Source: an uncultured Acidobacteriota bacterium (lineage in GTDB: Bacteria > Acidobacteriota > Blastocatellia > RBC074). From it: a stretch of 64,000 nt of DNA. The stretch is from positions 384,001 through 448,000 of the forward strand of contig CAWCKY010000006.1 of the NCBI GenBank assembly GCA_963796275.1, read 5' to 3'. This document shows, one piece after another, positions 57,611-64,000 of the stretch. The number at the start of each line of letters is the position of its first letter. Position 1 is the first letter of the stretch. The notes under the pieces are model-generated. The model ran no database searches. It had not been told where the DNA came from and saw nothing but the letters and a program-made list of their open reading frames with translations. The position numbers were made by a program, and so were the translations under genes.

Positions 57611-58918
57611 CTAGCGCTCTTTTACCTGCGATCTGGAGAAAAGATACCCGCTGGCGATCAGAATCAGCAGCAGTCCCTCGACCATTAGAACGCGCTGCAG
57701 CGGTAGATACTTGACGAGAAACCCCGTGACCAGGCTGCCGAGCGGCATCCCGCCTCTGAAGGCCACCATAAAGATGCTCATAACGCGACCGCGCATGTGA
57801 TCGCGCGCGTCATCGCTTACCAGCAACTGGACGAGCGATGTGGTCAGCGAGAAGACGCACATCATAAATATACTCGCGACGTAGATGATCGGATATGCGA
57901 ACAGGGCCGAGGGCGCGAACGTGAAAGCGATGATCGATAGACCGAAGCCAACCTGCGTCAACAGCGCGTAGCGTCCTTTATTCTTGATATTCCCGAGCCC
58001 GGCCACGATCAATGCGCCGGTGACGGCGCCCGCGCCCGAGCACGCCATCAAGCTGGCGTTTCCTGCTGCACCGGTGCGGAAGATGTCCCGCGCGAAGACC
58101 GCCAGAAAGGTAGTGATCTGCATACCGAAGAACGTGGACGCGAACGCCAGAAAAGTCAGCGAGCGCAAGCCCTCACGATGCCAGACGAAGTTCAACCCCT
58201 CGCGCAACTGGCTTCGCATATCGCCCTTCACCGGCGGCGGGATGTGCCTGACGCTGAGCGACATCAGGGCGAAGATGACAGCGATGAACGAGAGACTGTT
58301 GATACCGAAGCTGACCGAAGCGGCGATCATCTGGTCGGCGAAGATCGCGAACGGGAAGCTGCTAAGGGTCGAGCCGACAACCCGGGCTAGCTGGAATTGG
58401 ATGGAGTTGAGCGCGATCGCATTCTGCAGATCCTTCTTATCAACCAGATTCGGGATAAGCGATTGATAGGCCGGCCCGCCGAATGCCTGGACGCATCCCG
58501 TTAAAAACGAAAGCAGGAGCGCGCTCGTGACCAAAATCGAGCGAATGTCGAAGAACGCCAGCAGCGAGAGCGACAGGGCGAAGACCAACTGCGAGTATTG
58601 CGACGCGAGCAGTATCCTGCGGCGATCGAAGCGGTCAGCCAGAACGCCGCCCACGAGGGTGAAGAGTAGAATCGGCGCGGTGCTCAGAAATCCGTTCAAA
58701 CCCAGATATAAGGGGTCATTTGTGAGCTGAAGTAAAAGCCAGGAGAAGGCCGTCTCCTGAAGCCACGTCCCGGAACTGGAGGTGAAGGCGCCGAACCAGA
58801 GCAACCGGAAATCGCGATATGAGAATGCCTGGAAGACACGTGCGAGCGTGTGCTTCTTTTGTTCCGCAGTGACGGGGATTTCCGATGGTGCTTCTGGTGC
58901 GGCGACAGGTTTGCTCAT
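57611..58918 (-). CDS. MFS transporter (MFS_3/DUF894-like)
   Basis: RDFRLLWFG, GGVLADRFDRRR, NAIALNS and MRGRVMS. Confidence 0.92.
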   Translation of the reverse strand: MSKPVAAPEAPSEIPVTAEQKKHTLARVFQAFSYRDFRLLWFGAFTSSSGTWLQETAFSWLLLQLTNDPLYLGLNGFLSTAPILLFTLVGGVLADRFDRRRILLASQYSQLVFALSLSLLAFFDIRSILVTSALLLSFLTGCVQAFGGPAYQSLIPNLVDKKDLQNAIALNSIQFQLARVVGSTLSSFPFAIFADQMIAASVSFGINSLSFIAVIFALMSLSVRHIPPPVKGDMRSQLREGLNFVWHREGLRSLTFLAFASTFFGMQITTFLAVFARDIFRTGAAGNASLMACSGAGAVTGALIVAGLGNIKNKGRYALLTQVGFGLSIIAFTFAPSALFAYPIIYVASIFMMCVFSLTTSLVQLLVSDDARDHMRGRVMSIFMVAFRGGMPLGSLVTGFLVKYLPLQRVLMVEGLLLILIASGYLFSRSQVKER

Positions 58919-58929
58919 CAAACCTCTGG

Positions 58930-59316
58930 CTAATTGGTAACTACTACATTGCGGCTTTCTTCACGGACTGAAAGGTAGTATTCGGCCCACTTGTCGTGTT
59001 CCGGGTTGCTACCATAGGCTTTGTGTGCCGCCTCGCTTTCGAATTCAATCACAAAGGCGAAATTGTAGTCATTCGGTTGTATCTTATTAGGCTTGATCCA
59101 GATGTTTTTGATTCCAGGGATTTTTGCTGCCATCTCCTTGATTCCATCAACGGCCTTCTTTTGCTGTTCGGGTGTAGAGTTGGCATTCCATTTGCCCGTC
59201 ACCACGTGGATCACGGATTTCGGTTGACTGAATTTATTTTGACCCACGATCACACCGCTGATGAAAACAGCGATTAATGCACAGCCGAAAAAAATCCGGC
59301 GCAAAGTCGGACTCAT
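58930..59316 (-). CDS. secreted Dabb (stress-responsive alpha/beta barrel) protein
   Basis: Signal peptide; VIHVV, KIPGIK and FVIEFESEAAHKAYGSNPEH. Start corrected to ATG 59316 with GGAGAG SD. Confidence 0.8.
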   Translation of the reverse strand: MSPTLRRIFFGCALIAVFISGVIVGQNKFSQPKSVIHVVTGKWNANSTPEQQKKAVDGIKEMAAKIPGIKNIWIKPNKIQPNDYNFAFVIEFESEAAHKAYGSNPEHDKWAEYYLSVREESRNVVVTN

Positions 59317-59624
59317 ATATCTATCTCTCCTTGGGAATTTGTAATATCGATTTCTGCTTCGTTGTACGAGGTTCAACTTCCCCGACATGAAGTCAGCCAA
59401 CATAGTACTATGGAAGAAGATTCACGACAAAATGCACAAAAGAACAAAGACACAAAATCTCTTTTAGTTTTGCCGGAAAGAGCGGTTAGCATGGTGAACA
59501 ATCTACATTGTGCGATACATCATTGTGCGATTCATCGCGCGTCTCCAGCGCTAAACTGTGAGTTTATTGATTCTTTTGATCTTCAATCGGCACAATCTTC
59601 ACATAAAGGAATTATCATGCTGGC

Positions 59625-60383
59625 TCATTGTTTCTTTCCGGTGAAGGTTCCCTCGCCGAGCTCGGCGAATTTGGCCTTGCCCTTCATCTCCTTACCGTCA
59701 GTCGTGCCAGTATAGGTTACAGTACCTTCGATCTGTCCGCTGATCTTGAACGAAAACTCGACCTGATCGCCTTTGACAGTGCCGGTCAGATCGGCTTCAC
59801 CGAGCATGCCTTTGTACTTTCCCGTAAGTTTTTCGCCCTCTTGCTTGAAGGTCAATGAAGGGCTACCCGAACCCATCTGAGTTTCTACCTGAAGAACCCA
59901 GGATCCCGTAATGTCTATTTTTTCGCCGGATTTTGGTTTATCTGTCACGGCCACGGTGGCTGAACTGGCTCCGCTTGCAGCCGTAGTTCCAGTCGCCGCT
60001 GATGCGCGTTTAGCGCTCCATTCGTCCTGCGCGAACCCGCCGAAATCGACGGCGCCTTTGATCGCATCCCCTTCGAGATTTCCGGTCATAGTGATCATGA
60101 GGTCGGTATCCATATATTTGACGGTATAAGAAAACTTGACCTCCTTGCCTTTGAAAGATCCCTCGATCGGCAGATCGCCCCGCTCACCTTTGATTGCGCC
60201 GGTCAATTTCTCACCATCAATTTTAAAAGTGGCCTTCAGGTTGCGCACACCTCCGGGCGTGTTAAGCGCAATCTCCCAATCGCCGGTTGCGCTGCCCGGT
60301 CCGGGTCCCGATTGAGCCGAAACGAATGCATCCAGGCTAAACAGCAGCCCCAGAACAGATAAGACGCTAACCAATCTCTTCAT
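59625..60383 (-). CDS. secreted hypothetical protein with two tandem beta-rich domains
   Basis: Signal peptide; duplicated TGxW...FK.xGEKLTG...GxxKGxxVxFS domain separated by an Ala/Thr linker. Confidence 0.75.
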   Translation of the reverse strand: MKRLVSVLSVLGLLFSLDAFVSAQSGPGPGSATGDWEIALNTPGGVRNLKATFKIDGEKLTGAIKGERGDLPIEGSFKGKEVKFSYTVKYMDTDLMITMTGNLEGDAIKGAVDFGGFAQDEWSAKRASAATGTTAASGASSATVAVTDKPKSGEKIDITGSWVLQVETQMGSGSPSLTFKQEGEKLTGKYKGMLGEADLTGTVKGDQVEFSFKISGQIEGTVTYTGTTDGKEMKGKAKFAELGEGTFTGKKQ

Positions 60384-60840
60384 CTGAAATCTCCCTTCCA
60401 TTGTTAACCGGCGATAAACACCTCTGATTCGCTATGCGGCCATTCGTCATCGCTGGTGTTGTGGTTGTTGTTGATTGATGTTAAACATTGCAATGGGGCA
60501 AATTAAACATTCAGTGATTGAATTCAATGGTTGCTTCGGATGTTAGATATAAGAAAGCACTCACCGCCCGGGCGTAGCGAACGACGAGGCAGCACGCGGG
60601 TATACTATGGCCTCGGTGATCCCTCTGTTCTGTCTCTGCGTTCCCAACATATCGGATTGACATTGAGTACGGGGCATTCCGAAAATCTCTGATAACTAAC
60701 ATTCATATGCACAGTGTTCATATAACTACCATTTGCCCGCGCGAAGCCTACACCCGCAATTGAGGTTACGCAAGATCGCAAACGGGCGAGAAAGGTTCAC
60801 CACAATATCACATGCCGGAGAAGGCATAAATAAAAGTGCG

Positions 60841-63800
60841 ATGATCATTTTTCACGCTGGATTTACCAATGACAAACTCTGTTTATGGGGGGAACGGCCG
60901 CCTTTCGAACAACTGCAAAACCACCAGAGTCAGAGGGGGGCAACCTCGCGCAGAAAATCGAGAGTCGCCGAAAATCTACCATATGATGCCGGTACTGCCG
61001 GATTGGTAACGGCGCTCAAGGAAGTTGCACCCGGCATTGCGAACGAAACAGCTGGATCGACCATCTGGCTGCCAACGGTTGATAAAAAGCCGCTCGCGTC
61101 AAGTCCGCTTATCGCGGAGTTTCCTAGCGTATCAGCCAGCCCCGAGCTGGCAGCCTGGTCGGTAACCACAATTCCATTGCATATAGTTGATTCACTCGAT
61201 CTGCTTTGCACGTGTGTTGGCCGCGAGACAGTTGGTCAGGGAATCATCGTGGGCCGCGATCTGGCGTACTGGACGATGGCAATGCGTTTTGCCGGAGCGC
61301 TGGTTGCGCGCCAGCAATTTTTGCCCAGCCTGCGACTGGTCGACGGAGCCTATCGCGCGCGGTGGGAGCCCGTCATTTCAGGCGATGACGCCCGGCGGCT
61401 GCAACAACTTGCACAGGCAATGCCACACGCCTGCCGCGCTTTGACCGCACCAGATGTATTTGAGCCTCCTGATACGAGCTCGCTATCGCTTCTCAACTAT
61501 TTCCTGGGCGAAGTAGTCGATCATCTCATTCGCGCGGGGAAAGGGGAATCAGCCGATTCGCCGGAGCGGGCGAAGCCTTCCCCCCGAAAATCCTGGGAAA
61601 GCGTACACGATCAATGGTTGCATGCATTGCGTTCTCCCGATGATTTGCTGGAGGGAAGGGAATCGGAGCTGGCGACGCTCAGTAACCAGTCGAAGGAGTG
61701 GAGGCGTCCGATCTCGCTTTCCGTCGCCGCGCCATTTCGCCTCTTCTTCCGTCTCGAAGAACCTGAGCAGGTAATAGGCGTAGAGAAAATTACGGGAGCT
61801 CAAGCTAGCCGTGGGAGGGATGCGCAGGACTGGTATGTACGTTACCTTCTGCAGGCGCTCGATGATCCTAGCCTGATCATCCCGGTCGCCGATGCCTGGA
61901 ATGCCAGGGGGCGCGTTGCCAAAGTCCTGGCCCGCGGCGCAACCAAGCCGCGCGAGTATCTGCTTGCAGCTCTGGGCCAGGCCGCGAGCCTCGATCCGCA
62001 GATCGAACTGAGTCTGAAAGCGGCTGCGCCCGGAGGTTACGAACTGGACGTAGTTGAGGCGCACGGCTTCCTGACTGAGAAAGCGGGATTACTGGAGCAA
62101 TCGGGTTTCGGCGTGATGTTGCCGGCATGGTGGACGCGCAAAGGGACAAAGCTGCGTTTATCGGCGAGGGCGAATGTCAAAAGCCCGAAAATGCAGAGCG
62201 GTAGCGAGTTGTCGCTCGAACGGATCGTACAGTTCGATTGGGAAATCGCGCTGGGCGATCAACCGATTTCTGTCAAAGAACTCGAAGCCCTCGCCAAGCT
62301 AAAGGCCCCGCTCGTTCAATTGCGCGGCCAGTGGATGCAGCTCGACGCCGCTGAGATTCAGGCTGCGCTCGATTTTTGGAGGAAGAGAGCGGCAGGGCAG
62401 ACGACCTTGAGAGATGTGGTTCAGATGGCGCTGGGAAAAGGCAACGTGCCGGGCGGCATAGCGTTCGAAGGCGTCTCGGCGAATGGGTGGATCGGCGATT
62501 TCATCGCGAAGCTGGAAGGTCGGAAATCGTACGATGAGCTTGCCGTGCCGCCAGGGTTTCACGGCTCTCTGCGCCCTTATCAGGTGCGCGGATATTCGTG
62601 GCTTGCTTTTTTGCGGCATTGGGGGCTGGGCGCGTGTCTGGCTGACGATATGGGGCTCGGCAAAACCATTCAGGCCCTCGCTTTGATTGAGCGCGAGTGG
62701 CAGTCAAACGGAAGGCGTCCGGTATTGCTCGTGTGTCCGACCTCTGTCATCGGCAATTGGCAAAAAGAGGCCGCGCGATTCACACCGGATCTGCCCGTAT
62801 TGACGCATCACGGCGTCGCCCGGGCCCAGGGCGAGTCGTTTCAACAAAAGGCCGGTAAGCACGCGATAGTCCTGTCCAGTTATTCTCTGCTGCAGCATGA
62901 CTTCGAGATACTAAAGGAAGTGGAATGGGCAGGCGTCATTCTGGATGAAGCACAGAACATCAAGAACCCCGAGACCAAACAGGCGCGGGCTGCCCGTTCT
63001 CTCAAGGGGGATTACCGGATCGCATTGACAGGCACGCCGGTAGAGAACAATGTCGGCGATCTGTGGGCGATCATGGAATTTCTCAACCCGGGGTTCCTCG
63101 GCACACAGACGGAGTTCAAACGGAATTTCTTCGTTCCGATCCAGGCGCAACGTGATGCGGAATCGGTTGAGCGATTGAAGCGGGTGACCGGCCCTTTCAT
63201 TCTGCGACGGTTGAAGACAGATAAAGCGATCATCTCGGACCTGCCGGAGAAGATGGAGATGAAAGTTTTTTGCACTCTGACCAAGGAGCAAGCCTCGCTC
63301 TACGCCGCAGTCGTAGAAGATGCCGGCAAAACTATCCTCGTCGCCGATGGGATACAACGCAAGGGCGTGGTGCTGGCAACGCTCCTGAAACTCAAGCAGG
63401 TATGCAATCATCCGGCGCAGTTCCTCGGCGACAATTCGTCGATTCCCGGCCGCTCGGGCAAGCTCGCGCGCCTGACCGAGATGCTCGAAGAGGCGCTGGC
63501 CGAAGGCGATCGTGCGCTGGTCTTCACGCAATTTACCGAGATGGGGGCGCTCATACAGACTCATTTGCAGGAGACTTTCGGCCGTGAAGTTCTCTTTCTG
63601 CATGGTGGGGTGCCGAAGGCTAAACGAGACCGGCATGGTTGAAAGATTCCAGAATTTAAACGAAGACGGCCCGCGCGTCTTTTTGCTCTCGCTCAAAGCC
63701 GGAGGCACTGGATTGAACCTGACGACCGCCGATCATGTTTTCCACTACGATCGCTGGTGGAACCCAGCGGTTGAAAATCAGGCGACCGATCGTGCCTTCC

Positions 63801-64000
63801 GTATCGGACAAAAACGCAACGTCCAGGTGCACAAATTTGTGTGCGCGGGCACCTTCGAGGAGAAGATCGACGAGATGATAGAGCGCAAGCAGGAGGTCGC
63901 TTCCAGCATCGTCGGAACTGGTGAAGGCTGGTTGACGGAGCTGACTAATGACCAGCTTAAAGACTTATTCACGCTTCGGCGAGATGCCGTGGGGGAATAA
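60841..64000 (+). CDS. SNF2-family helicase (DUF3670-type) with a +1 frameshift near 63631-63634
   Basis: [32 protein letters not shown] and LRRLK; the second frame supplies [34 protein letters not shown] and the stop at 63998-64000. Confidence 0.92.

Overview
Mostly housekeeping chromosomal DNA from a moderately GC-rich bacterium. Gene content and style suggest Acidobacteriota, possibly Blastocatellia-like; this is an inference, not a database result. Left third (mostly minus strand): truncated M16 peptidase, hemE, ypdA, argG, a cysM / JAB protease / (ubiquitin-like MoaD-MoeB-rhodanese fusion) sulfur-carrier cluster, and a leuACDB-ilvBNC-cimA supercluster with an unannotated Ile/Val-rich attenuator before ilvB and a divergent LysR. 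Middle: a large PL11 rhamnogalacturonan lyase with Ig-like and autotransporter-passenger-type repeats, amidohydrolase, bshC, DapA-family enzyme, a degenerate Fic plus DUF4157 pair, SSS transporter plus PIG-L protein, RecQ, beta-propeller and TonB-dependent receptor. Right: yybP-ykoY riboswitch-htpX, frameshifted class II RNR (nrdJ) with two NrdR boxes, SOD, DegP, a 5x45-bp tandem array, glyA, MFS and a frameshifted SNF2 helicase. Intergenic DNA carries recurring inverted heptamer arrays and REP/MITE-like palindromes. No tRNA, rRNA, CRISPR array or transposase was recognised. The best candidate for an under-described system is the Ubl(GG)-E1-rhodanese polyprotein encoded next to a JAB protease and CysM. 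All calls come from motif recognition by eye.
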